A DNA stretch of 64,000 nt from Chrysomallon squamiferum (lineage: Eukaryota > Animalia > Mollusca): NCBI GenBank assembly GCA_012295275.1, contig CM022669.1, forward strand, positions 1,426,001 through 1,490,000, written 5' to 3'. Of the stretch, positions 28,909-42,000 are shown piece after piece. The notes under the pieces were generated by a model, which saw only the letters and a program-made list of their open reading frames with translations, was not told the DNA's origin and made no database searches. Position 1 is the first letter of the stretch, and each line of letters begins with the position of its first letter. The position numbers were made by a program, and so were the translations under genes.

Positions 28909-29518
28909 GCGGTAAGTTCCCAAAACTGGCAGCCTCCAGATTAGGTAAGCGGTGAGGTGTTGTAATCCGCTTCCAGAAATGGGAAAACTGGCGTGAGCAA
29001 TTAAGGCCAATTTAGACACATGGGGATAACGAGATGTGTGAAGAACAGAGGGAGCGATTAACAATATTAACCGTAATGAGCAGTGAAGATCAGAGGTGAG
29101 CCGGAATAGAGATTGCAAGAAAAATTAATGTTTGGAGACATGAAATTAATGTTATATCTCATTAAGATGTGGAGACAGGAAATACTAACATAAGAGAAGC
29201 ACAAGGTCTTCCAGCTGGGATTGGAGTACGTCACGTGTACCCGGGACACGGCTTCCTACTTGTCAGCTTGCGGTGGAGTCCTTCCTGGGACATTTCGTGT
29301 GTAAAGTGTGACTGAATGTGCTTTCAAATTGTGGTCAAAATACTGTTTAACAAAAGTACATCGATTAAGGTGACGGAACACCAATTAGTAAGGGTGAGCA
29401 ATAAACTGCCAGAAATGGAACAACTGGCGTGTCCAATTAAGATGTGTTATATCTCGGGAATAAACCATCTAGACATGTATGTAGATTTCTGTGTACTTTA
29501 TCTTTCTTCTTCTCTTTA

Positions 29519-29770
<252 letters not shown>

Positions 29771-30176
29771 TTCTAGATTAGTTTCACTGGTGGTTGTTTT
29801 TTTTAACAATACTTTCTAAACCAGATTCAATCAATCTAATGGTTTGTTTCTGCATGTTACTAAGCCGTGACTGATCTGATTAATACAGAGCAGACAGTTC
29901 TTTCAGAGCTCACACGAAAATAAAATAATCTGGTTGGCTTAGGCGCCTAACTAAACAACTAATTCTAATTATGGAAATGCATTTTACTCACAAACGTACA
30001 TATTTAGTCAGGTACGTCAAAAGTACTTATTTTTAAATCTTAAATAAAAGTTCTTTCTTACATTAGTAACGAGAATAATTCTATGACATATACTGATATT
30101 AGAAATCTGAAGTCAACATTGTAAACGTTACATATTTTTTGTATCCATAACGTAGAACCAGCTCAGTTATTATTGA

Positions 30177-30207
<31 letters not shown>

Positions 30208-30465
30208 ATGTGAGGCTCATTTATTTGTTTCTAGTTATAAAAAATATTTTATTTGTTGAACTGACAGTGTAGCTGAAGAAGCTGTATGTTATTTTAACTA
30301 AGTAAGATAAAGATCAATTCTCAGAAATTGTTTCCTGGGTTTTATGACAGCTGAAGACTTGTGAGAAAATTGGTTTTCAGTGAAGAAATATGTCAAGTAA
30401 TATTATCAGTTTTCTGTATTCAGCTACAAATTTCTTTTATCTTTCCATAATCCTGATTCTTAAAA

Positions 30466-31192
30466 TGTGTTTGTTTGAGTGTGTATGTGTTTGTGTGTCG
30501 GTGTGTGTTTGTGTGTGTGCATGTGTGTTTGTATATAATGCGTGCGTGTTTGTGTTTGTGCATATGTGTTTGTATATATGTGTGTGTGTGTGTGTTTGTG
30601 TGTGTATGTGTGTGTTTGTACATATGTGTATGTATGTCTTTGTGTCTATTGTGTGCCTGTGTGTGCATGTGTCTGTTAGAGTGTATGTGTGTATGTGTAA
30701 GTGTGTGTGTTTGTGTGTATGTGTGTGTGAGTGTGTGTGTTTGTGGATGTATGTATATGTAAGTGTGTAAGTTTGTGGGTGTATGTATGTGTAAGTGTGC
30801 GTGTTTGTGTGTGGATGTATGTGTAAGTGTGTGTGTTTGTGGGTGTATGTATGTGTAAGTGTGTGTGTTTGTGTATGTATGTATGTGTAAGTGTGTGTGT
30901 TTGTGGGTGTATGTATGTGTAAGTGTGTGTGTTTGTGGGTGTATGTATGTGTATGTGTGTGTGTTTGTGGGTGTATGTATGTGTAAGTGTGTAAGTTTGT
31001 GGGTGTATGTATGTGTAAGTGTGTAAGTTTGTGGGTGTATGTGTGTTTTTGTGTCTCTGTGTGTGCATGTGTGTTTGTTTGTATGTGTTTGTGTGTCTTT
31101 GTGTCTGTATGTATGTATGTGTTTGTGGTATGTGTGTGAGTGTTTGTGTGCGTGTGTGTGTGTGCGCGCGCGCGTGTTTGTGCGTGTGTGTG
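30466..31192. repeat. Imperfect TG-rich tract with an internal ~32-bp higher-order unit
   Basis: gtttgtgggtgtatgtatgtgtaagtgtgt repeats embedded in (TG)n. Confidence 0.88.
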
Positions 31193-31323
31193 GCCGCACC
31201 AATCTGCAAGGAGTTCTAGTTTTATCGTTCACCATCGTCGTACATGACGAAGGATCAAGTGAACAATGAATCGAAGGAGAAATATTCTCTTACTGGTGAA
31301 TCGCTGTTCAGCTTGAGAGTTGG

Positions 31324-31537
31324 GAGTGTCAGAGTGTCAGAGTGTCAGAGTATCAGAGTGTCAGAGTGTCAGAGTGTCAGAGTATCAGAGTATCAGAGTA
31401 TCAGATCGTCAGAGCGTCAGAGTATCAGAGCGTCAGAGTGTCAGAGTATCAGAGTGTCAGAGTGTCAGAGTGTCAGAGTGTCAGAGTATCAGAGTGTCAG
31501 AGTATCAGAGTGTCAGAGTGTCAGAGTGTCAGAGTGT
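31324..31537. repeat. 8-bp tandem repeat (AGAGTGTC/AGAGTATC)
   Basis: About 26 copies, with G, A and C variants. Confidence 0.93.
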
Positions 31538-32687
31538 ACGGCAGACGAAAGGAGAAACATCGAGACTATTGCATGACGGATACTGACAGATACGAGGGAG
31601 GAAGAATCATCCCTGACACAGCAACCACACATGACGTTCCAACAAGGCCACGCTCGAAACTTTTACCAAAAAAAAGTTCTGCATTTCGGACCGTGTACCA
31701 CGAGGACGTGTTGCCCTGGCCAGCAGTGACGACAGCCTCAGTTCAGTAGAGCACGTGTGCTTTGGTTTTCATCGACGCAGAGAGTCTCAACGCCATTGAA
31801 ACGTCAACAGCTGCAGAGAACCAAACCCGCAGAGTTTACAGTCCACACCACGACTGGAGACGTCTGCATCAGTGACACGTTCTACTGAGCTACAGGAGCA
31901 GTCATAACGTTGGACACTTTTATTCTGTGCATTCTTTAACTGTTTTACTTTTTTGACTCGAGAGGTGTTCACAGAAATAGTCCACTGGCAGCAAACAGTT
32001 GAATAATACGTTATTTACCTTTCCTTCTTAATGATGTGATATGTAATTTTATAATTTCTGCCATTAATGTCTACTGAAATAAATGACTATTGATTATATA
32101 CATAATTTCTTTTCTTTTCTTTCTTTTCGGCTGAATATATAAACGTATGTGTTTGAATTATAATTTTGTTTTTAAAATTTTCAACATTCTCCTCACAATT
32201 ATCAAAATAGCAGCAAAAATATCAATAAATAAATAAATAAAAGATAACATTTTTTTTAAAAATCAATAAATAAAATAATAAAACTAATTAACTAACTAAC
32301 TAACTAACTAAATAATAATAATAATAATAAGAAGAAGAAGAAGAAGAAGAAAATGGAACAACAAAACAACAAAACAAAAAAAAAACTTCAGAAAATAAAA
32401 ACAAAAGGATGAAAAACAAAATTATATTTTGTCTGTACACAATAAGGTTAAAGTTTTAAAATATCTAGTAAACAGCACTTAACACGACTTTTTTGAAATC
32501 ACGGATAATAGTGTTGTACGTTGAGGTTTTGTAGAAACTTATCTTCCTATCTTTAATAAAACGAATTTTACATTTCTGTAAAAGCAGCACAGGGCTAGAA
32601 TACGTCTGGGTGTCAAACTGTGATGTACGATAATGTGAAAAATAACTTCTTTATTGCCGTGGAGCGGATAAAACTCGCGTGAGTGCT

Positions 32688-32699
32688 CGTGACGTCACG
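32688..32699. promoter_or_regulatory. Perfect 12-bp palindrome with a full CRE core (CGTGACGTCACG) in a CpG-dense patch
   Basis: TGACGTCA is the CREB/ATF consensus. The surrounding 32655-32750 is CpG-rich against AT-rich flanks. Function is untested. Confidence 0.35.
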
Positions 32700-32744
32700 C
32701 GGAGAGTATTTCGTGGCGCGATATCCTAATCATCGGAGCGTATC

Positions 32745-33222
32745 ACCGTTTAATTATCTCCAGCATATTAATATTTATTAGTTGTCATACTAAACCATTT
32801 AATTATCATCTCCAGCATATTAATATTTATTAGTTGTCATACTAAACCGTTTAATTATCTCCAGCATATTAATATTTATTAGTTGTCATACTAAACCATT
32901 TAATTATCATCTCCAGCATATTAATATTTATTAGTTGTCATACTAAACCATTTAATTATCATCTCCAGCATATTAATATTTTCAAACGTGTCCATGTCAT
33001 ACGAAACCATTTAATTATCATCTCCAGCATATTAATATTTATTAGTTGTCATACTAAACCATTTAATTATCATCTCCAGCATATTAATATTTATTAGTTG
33101 TCATACTAAACCATTTAATTATCATCTCCAGCATATTAATATTTATTAGTTGTCATACTAAACCATTTAATTATCATCTCCAGCATATTAATATTTTTTA
33201 GTTGTCATACTAAACCCATTTA
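32745..33222. repeat. ~52-bp minisatellite, about 9 copies
   Basis: Unit aaaccatttaattatcatctccagcatattaatatttattagttgtcatact. Confidence 0.92.
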
Positions 33223-33377
33223 AATAATTCGTTACATTTACTTCACAAGAGTCGCAGTAACATCGCACTTATTTCAGTATCTGTCAATGAACGTTTCACT
33301 GAATACTTTCATCAATGTTGTGAGTTTTGTGCCAAATTTCAAACGTGTCCATGTAGTGACGACACCATAGTAACATA

Positions 33378-33687
33378 GATACGAATGTGTGGTGATGATA
33401 CACACAGGTACTAATGTGTGGTGATGATACACACATGTACTAATGTGTGGTGATGATACACACATGTACTAATGTGTGGTGATGATACACACATGTACTA
33501 ATGTGTGGTGATGATACACACATGTACTAATGTGTGGTGATGACACACACATGTACTAATGTGTGGTGATGATACACACATGTACTAATGTGTGGTGATG
33601 ACACACACAGGTACTAATGTGTGGTGATGATACACACATGTACTAATGTGTGGTGATGATACACACAGGTACTAATGTGTTGTGATG
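33378..33687. repeat. 29-bp minisatellite, about 10.5 copies
   Basis: Unit gtactaatgtgtggtgatgatacacacat. Confidence 0.93.
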
Positions 33688-33939
33688 TTAAAGATGTACT
33701 GTAGCATCTAGCGTGTAATAATAATAATAATATATACATTTCTATTAGTGTTTTCTCGTTGTGTTTGGATAATTTGATGATGGTTTGCCCTCAAGCTATA
33801 TTGCATCCGTTTACTTCTGTCTAATGCTGTAGTATCACGTTACTAATACAACAACCATCCGCCGACATGCGACCTCATTCACTAGAAATTGTGTTAAAAG
33901 ATTCGCTTTCTTGTATTTTTATTACTTTTATCTTTTATC

Positions 33940-33991
<52 letters not shown>

Positions 33992-34102
33992 TTAGATTTT
34001 TTATATATATACTTTTTTCTTATTACTGCTCCTCTTGCTTTGATGTCGTTTATGTCAGGATACTTTGTTTTCTTTAATAATAATAATAATAATAAGAAGA
34101 AG

Positions 34103-34137
<35 letters not shown>

Positions 34138-35651
34138 CGAGAAGAACAAGAAGAAGAAGAAGAAGAAGCGAAACAGTAACAGTAACAGCAATTACAAAAA
34201 TAACAACAATAAAAAATAATAAAATAATAATGATGATTGTGACACATAGACAACTATACATTTTTATAAGATTCGTACGACAAATAATAAATAAAATAAA
34301 TAAATGAAAGGTGGGAAAAAAGGAGAAATGATAAAAAACAAGTAACACGAAAGTATTTAAGTGAACAAGAAAACTAAATCTTCAAAGTTAATTAGCTGAG
34401 ACGTTCCACTTAAGAGAAGAAGAAAGTAGACCTCGGCTGTACTTCCTTAACCCTTTTAACGTTAATGGCGTACTTCTTATCGTGGCGCGGTTATGACGTG
34501 TCTAGATTGTTCGCGAGAAGCACGATTATATCTACACCTAGAACGCCGAATTGTGACTTTGTAAACAGAGTTCCTCTGTTATTATTTTATCAAATAAAAA
34601 TATATATATAATCCCATTTACTGTTGTTGTTGTTATTATTATAACTATCTGTTTTTATTTTCTTCTGGTACAGTTTCCTTCTCTCTTTTTTAAATTACTA
34701 TTAATATTTATTAATTTTATATATGTTTTATTTCTTCTTTTTTAATATCTTATTTCATTTCCTGTCAAGATTAATAATTTATATATTATTTATGATCTTT
34801 ATTATTATTATCATTATTGTTGTTGTTGTTATCGATATTGTTGATGATATAATTATTATTATAACTCTACTGTTTTCTTACTCTAAATGTGTTTCTGTTG
34901 ATGTTGTTGTTGTTTTTTTATTTATATTTATATATATATATTTTTTTTTTTTAATTTTAATAATGTATTATTCATCTCTGTCTCCTCTTTATCATTTCCT
35001 GAATTTGATTTATTATTGTTATAACACATGGACATATTGTATATTTTGTTACCGCAGAGAAATATAAACATTTTATACGTGTAATTATACTTATTATTTG
35101 TTATACATGGTGGAATTACTATTAAATCATTATATGTCGACAACATGGAAAAACATTTTAAGATAATAATAATTATATCAGGTTTGATAAATCTAATCTT
35201 GGTGGAGTACAAACGTAATTAAGTAAGAATCTGGCGCTGTTGTTTTATATTACATTACGACAAAGGTGTTGTTGATAAATAAACGTTAAAAACAGTTTAT
35301 AAATTAATAATATATATAATTACTAACCTTTTATCCCTGGTTCTATTGCCAAACAATGTTTCCTTGCTGAAAATACTTCTGGAATGGCTTTCTAAATCTG
35401 CAGTTGACTCTCATTCATAAAATTTCTGTAAAACGATCGTGGTTTTGTGTTTCGTCTGCGAAGCGTGCGCTTATTTCACCGGCCAAGTCGTGTTTGCGTA
35501 GTCGTGTATTTCCGTGCCATCTCGTTTGTCTGCTGCAGTGAACGAATAGTTAACTATACTGCCTGGTTTTCTCTTTTCATCTTTTCCCTACTTGCCTTCT
35601 GAATAACAGAACTTTTAAAATAAATTCTGTTTTTAATTAATTAATTAATTA

Positions 35652-35702
<51 letters not shown>

Positions 35703-35876
35703 TTTATTTTATTTTTTTTTAATGCAGTTTTGATCTATTTACACTCATCCTGTTTTCTTCTTTTCTGTCTGATCTTTTTTGTACAACCCAAATTGATTCT
35801 GTTGTTCTAATTGTTGCCAATATATATATATATTGTGTGTGTGATGGGGAGAAGGTGTTTGTATTTTTGTTGTGTA

Positions 35877-35915
<39 letters not shown>

Positions 35916-36021
35916 ATCAATCTTAGTATTTGAAGTCACGTTACTTGCAGCTTTAAAAAAAATTAGAAATAAAGAGAAGAAGGAAAATAAAAGCTGATCA
36001 GTGTAATTTAGTTTCCATTTA

Positions 36022-36098
<77 letters not shown>

Positions 36099-36803
36099 TA
36101 CTATTATTATTACTATTACTATTACTATTACTATTACTATTATTATTATTACTATTATTATTATTATCATTAAAAGCTAATAATCATTGCAAAATATAAG
36201 ATAATGGTGATTTAAAAAATAAATGAAAGCATTAAAACTACTCTCACAAATGACTGTATTTCTCAGGTTTCAGCAGTAATCAAACATACTCACAGATACA
36301 GACTGACACGGTGTCGGCTGTGTATTAGGAAGGAGTTAAAAATTAGAAATCTTTTCTCGATGACTGGTGTGATTACACGTGTAACCCTTTCAGTTGATTC
36401 TTCTCTGTACCACACTCTTTCCTCTGTAAAAGAGAATTTTTAATTTTTTTAAATATCAGAATAATTTATCTTATGAATATACAAGTGCTTTTATTTTATT
36501 TTTTTTATAAATGCATATCCGTTATTTTGATTGTGCATAAATATTGCTTCTTTTTTCTTTTTTTTTTTCTGTTTTTTAAAATAACTATTTATAACTGTTC
36601 TTATTAATTTTATAATTTTATAAATGTACAATACTTTTTTTTCTAAAAATGTAAATGTATTTATATTTGTATTTTATTCTCATAATTACATTTATATCTG
36701 TTTTGTGGTGCGTCATTTTAGAGCATGCATCGATTTTAAACAATTTACCCATTGTTATTATTATTGTTATTGTTGTTATTATTATTATTATTTAAATGAA
36801 TAA

Positions 36804-36850
<47 letters not shown>

Positions 36851-38297
36851 TAATAATAATAATATTGATGAAAACGATAACCACTTCGCAGGTGCCTCGT
36901 TTGACATTTTTTAAAATTATTATTATTATTATTTTTTTTTTTTATTGAAAAAAAATATATATCACTTTAAATAATAAGTATTCTAGAATAAGAATTATTC
37001 AATATATTTTTTCAATGGTTTAAAAATATCATTTGCCATTAAAATTAATTTTTACTGTAATCGATTTATGCACCATGTTTATCAAGTAATAATTTTATTA
37101 GGTTAGCCAAACGATGACATTCGCGAATTCTGACAATATCCCTTGTCTCGCTCTTCACAAATAAGGCTAAAAAAGTTTAAATCGTATTTCTGTCGTGGGT
37201 GCTTAACACGGGGATCAAATAGAACATTTATTTGAAATAGTTATCGGTTGGTTAACGAAGCCTAACGGGAGATAACTCTAATATAACGTGGTTTTCCTTT
37301 TCTGTTAGAACATGATCAACATCAATCTTTAATAAACAGTAATCGAAAGGAACCTATAATCTAGGAAATTTCGATATATATATATGTATGTATGTATGTG
37401 TGTGTGTATGTATGTATGTATGTATGTATGTATGTATGTATGTATGTATGTATGTATGTATCAATCTAAAGCAGAGGTCAGTGTTACCGATTGAAGACAT
37501 CATATATCTAATGTACAGTGAACTTTTCTTACAACTATATGAACAAATAATCTGTTTCATAATGATTTCGACAGTGCTCTATTCTCTTATCACATATGTT
37601 TAAATTGTCATCACTATTTGATGCTTATTTATATACCGAAAGGTCTTAAAATTTCACAGTCTGCGGGTTTCGGCAACTGACCCAGTATTGACTTGGCTTT
37701 TAATTAAATATATAACAGAGGCAGACGCTGTGAAACTGAAAGGCTGCAGCTGTTGTCTTTGTTTTTATTTATTCTGTTTATCTTCAGATTAAATATATGC
37801 TGTCCTGTGATTTAGTCAATAGGAGAGAAAAAAAAAAAGATTAATTAATTTTGTAATTGTGTGATTCAGTACTCACAATAAATGAACAAAACTGATATTA
37901 ATTAAAAAGATATAACTTGAATAGACGTCAGTCTACAGTTTAAGAAATAAACCTTGAAATACGTAGTTCTGAATCGGTCAGTTTTGGTTGAGTCAGCAAA
38001 CACACTTCCGATGTGTACTTATAAAGAAACAGAAAATCATATATATTTTTTAAATTTTGGTTAGTTTATATGTCTGGGATTATCTCTGTTTACAACAACG
38101 AACAAATAAAATTAGTATCCTAGAAGCTTAATCAATTAAATATAGGAATTAGTTATGTGAAAGACGCGACGAACGATAAATTATTCGCTAGAGTTACAGT
38201 TCTTTATTTTCACAGCGACAGCAAGTGTTCGCTAGCTTTATTTCAGTGTTCTAAATGAAAATTAAACCTTAAACTTAAAGTGTGTGAAAATTGAAAT

Positions 38298-39030
38298 ATG
38301 GGTAACAAAGAAAAGAAAAAACACCGATATAGATCGAAAGAACGAAAATCTAAAAGGTCAAAGAAAGAACGGTAATTTAATATTATCTTTTAATGTCTTC
38401 TCATTTTGATTATAGTTAGGGAAGACTCATTTTTACGAAGAGTTCGATCTTTTCCTCGTTAGCATCACGGTTATGGTACCGTTCTAAAGATTATCAGAGG
38501 AATTTGTATTATTATTATTATTATTATTATTTTTTTTTTTTTTGGTTACATGGCAATATTATATTGGCCTTGACTGTTGTAGGGGCAGTTTACGAAACCT
38601 TTTAAGCAGAATTTTATTTATTATTTTGAATTCTAGAAACTTTATAGCCAAGACAACTCAGTTTGAATTCGTATCAAGTTGATTATAATTTATACAATAT
38701 AATGACAATTATAATAATTATTATCTGCTCCATCAGATCATTGAAAATAAAATATATATCTGTATCATATGGTGCATGACAATTAAAAATTATGTACTGG
38801 GAGTTACAGTAACTGGTTGTCATAAGTCGTTTCTACATTGTGTGCACACATTACCACAACTGTAGTTAATCACTAGTGGGATGAAATTGTGGTCAGTCTG
38901 AAAATATACAGAATACATGAAAGTGCAGATTTTGGTATGAACATATATTAAAATGTTAATTTTTTAAAGTGTTACATATCTATATATTTTCACTATGACT
39001 GTGAGTTTATCGAAACATGAACTGATGGGA

Positions 39031-39066
<36 letters not shown>

Positions 39067-42000
39067 ATTGTGTTGTACCTTTTTTTATAATTTTTGACAT
39101 TTGAAAATTATCATCGTCTTGCACATAGCTTGACTCAAAATGCAAGTTTACCCTGTCAGCTAAGACTGCTCAGTTTGGCAAGGCAGGATCAGGCTCTGGT
39201 ACAAGATTGGTCAGAATTGCCTCAAGAAAGTCAGCATCAGATGAGAAGATGTCACTGCTGGCCTCTTCTTTTAGTTGAAATAAGTATCAACTAATCATTC
39301 ACTGTTAACACTCAAATCTGGGTCCCTGTTTATCACTTTATACTCAAGTTGGGCTTCTAAAAGAAAATACAAATAGCTGCACACAGAACACAAAAGTAAT
39401 GATTGCAAGCAGTCTAATGGACAGAATCAAAAATAAAAAAGCTGTAGAGAAGAATAAAAATAGCCTAGCTCTCAGTGGCCACTGGAATTCTGCTTTTAGT
39501 TAGTCCAGTATGTGACCTTTGACACATGATATTGTTACTGCACCAGTGTTGTCTCCAGCATTATTCTTTTTGATGTCTCCTGTGTTTTTCACTGCAAATA
39601 ACACACACAAAGTGAAACAGATACAGATATATATATATATATATATGGGTGTCAGATGTTTCAGCTGATACTTGTGGAAAATGAAGCCCTTGGTTATGCA
39701 TTATTTGCATGCACAAAAGAGAGGCCATTAATAATTTCCAGGGAGGGTAGGGCATCATTCCCGAATGAGTCTATTGGGGAGAGAGTACACTTGCCTTTTA
39801 GCATTGAAGAAAATGAATGAATTATGACAACAGAATGAATTAATTATAACCAGAGAATGAAATAATTACAACATGCCCACATAAATAATTTTATAAACTG
39901 ACATCTTGACCACCTGTAGTCTGGTCTCATTCTTGTCACACCCAACATAAATCAGTTAGTTTTTTGCAAGTTTGTGCTTTGCTATTTCTGACACAGACAC
40001 ATCCTGTTTCTTCTGCTGGCTGTCACAGCATGCAGGTACTGGACCAATTACCCAGAGTTTCTTCCCGATGCTATTTTCATATTTCGGGTGTGTTGGTCCT
40101 GACCTGTTTATGTGTCGAGTCGCCACAGTTGTGTATCTTCAGTTTTCTTTGTTTTTAATTTAAAAATATTTATGGCTAATTATTTACGTATTTAGATGCC
40201 TTGGTACCAGAAAACCCAAAAATCCAGAAATGCAGAATGCATCAGGCCCCAAGGAGTCTTGTTAATTGGTGCGGTACCTGTATCTGGTTCCTGATAACTT
40301 GATACAAAAACAATCGGCTCTCTGTCCTGTCAGCCATGTCTAGAAAAAAGAAAAGAAATGAACTCCCTACCTGACTTACTTTAGAATAAACAAGCAAGTG
40401 CTAGACACTGCAGTGTAAAACTTGTTAATCTGAAAAGACAAAACTGACTTGTGTTTTATATGAAATTTATACTTTACATAGTCACCAGCTGTCAGCAGTG
40501 TAAACCTTTGTCAGTTATATATATATATATTTGACTCATTTTAATAATTTGCCTTTCTAAAACACAGTTATAAATAATAAGTAATAAATAAATTCATAAA
40601 TCCAAATCCAAAATATAAAAAAAATATAAAAAATATTGATTCATAACAATCAAAATAATACACTAAATAATATTAATTTCTGCAAACAGTATTACTTTTT
40701 TTAATTTTTTTTAATTTATTTTGTCTGAATTTTATATATCTCTATATATCTATATTATGTGCATATATATAAATTATTTTGTTGGTGATGATCATGTTTT
40801 ATTTATGTATATGCTGTAAATAAGTGTGTCATAAGGCACCTGTTGTGTATATATACATATAATCGGATTAAGCTAGATTTGAATGTTTTATAACTTGGCT
40901 GAGTTGTGGCTGGAAACAACTTGACAGGGAAGATGAGTAGTATGTGAAGCATGCATTTACTCCAGAAAGTGAAGTCCAGTAACAAGAATCACAAAGAGAA
41001 ACATTCAGAGTTCATTAAGTTTTGTAGTTTGAGAGTTAGCTCAGGCTGTTTATTTAAAATGACTTCGTCATGATAATGTGAGTTAATGGTAATAACTGAA
41101 TCATAAATTAATCTTGTAAGAATCCACATTGTCAATTTTCATACATTAACTTTAGTTTGTTTTTGCAGAGCTGACAATTCTCCAAGCAGGGATAGCAGAT
41201 CTCAATCTCCAGTTGAAAGGAAACATTTACACAAGAAAAGTTCTCATAGAAGGGAAAACAGAAGTGACAGTGAATCTAGTGACAGGTCTGCAGGAAGAAG
41301 TAAATCTCACAGATCTAGATCTTATAACAAAAGAAAAAAGAGAAGTGACAGTTCAGGCAGTGGATCTAGTGACAGGTCTGCAGAAAGATGCAAATCTCAC
41401 AGATCTAGATCTCATAACAAAAGAAAAAAGAGAAGTGACAGTTCAGAAAGCTCACTTAGTGATCAGTCAATAGAAAGAAAGTTAGCAGACAAAGATAGAA
41501 AGAAAAGAGAAGAGTTTCTGAAGGAAAAAGAAGAACGAAGGTAATCAGTACAGTTTTATCTTGTATCTGCTCTGATGACAAACTCATTGTTTCTTCTGTC
41601 TGCTTGTAACACATTCTTGTACTTTCATTGACTTTACTGAACTGAAAGCCATTTAGAGTAAGTAAATATAACCAACCAACTGAAGCATCTGTACATTATT
41701 TCACAGTATAATTTTATTTTGTCCACATTATTTTTGTCAGTTAAAAAACAGTTGAAAACACTTTATATTTTAAAATCTTTTTTGTTGTCACATAATGAAG
41801 AAAATGTAACAAGTGATTTATAATGCAAATTATTTATTTGAAAAATGTTTCAGGTGCTTTGATTTATTTTTGGGGTATAACTTTGATGCATAATTCACAT
41901 TTTTGTTCTTCTTTTTTAATGCTCAAATCAGAAAGTCTCATCTACATATAATCAGTGTTATTTCCTGTCATTGGTATATAAATCAGAGAAATCACTGATC

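Noticed and set aside
34446-34470. TTAA-CCCTT piggyBac-like end (also at 55256)
   Set aside because: I could not find a convincing matching inverted end.
33911-36170. Poly-Ile/Asn/Leu ORFs
   Set aside because: They are translations of (ATT)n, (AAC)n and (AAG)n trinucleotide microsatellites.
41213-41473. 86-aa ORF with an internal repeat
   Set aside because: It is the wrong frame of Cactin exon 2; splice phases select the RS-rich frame.
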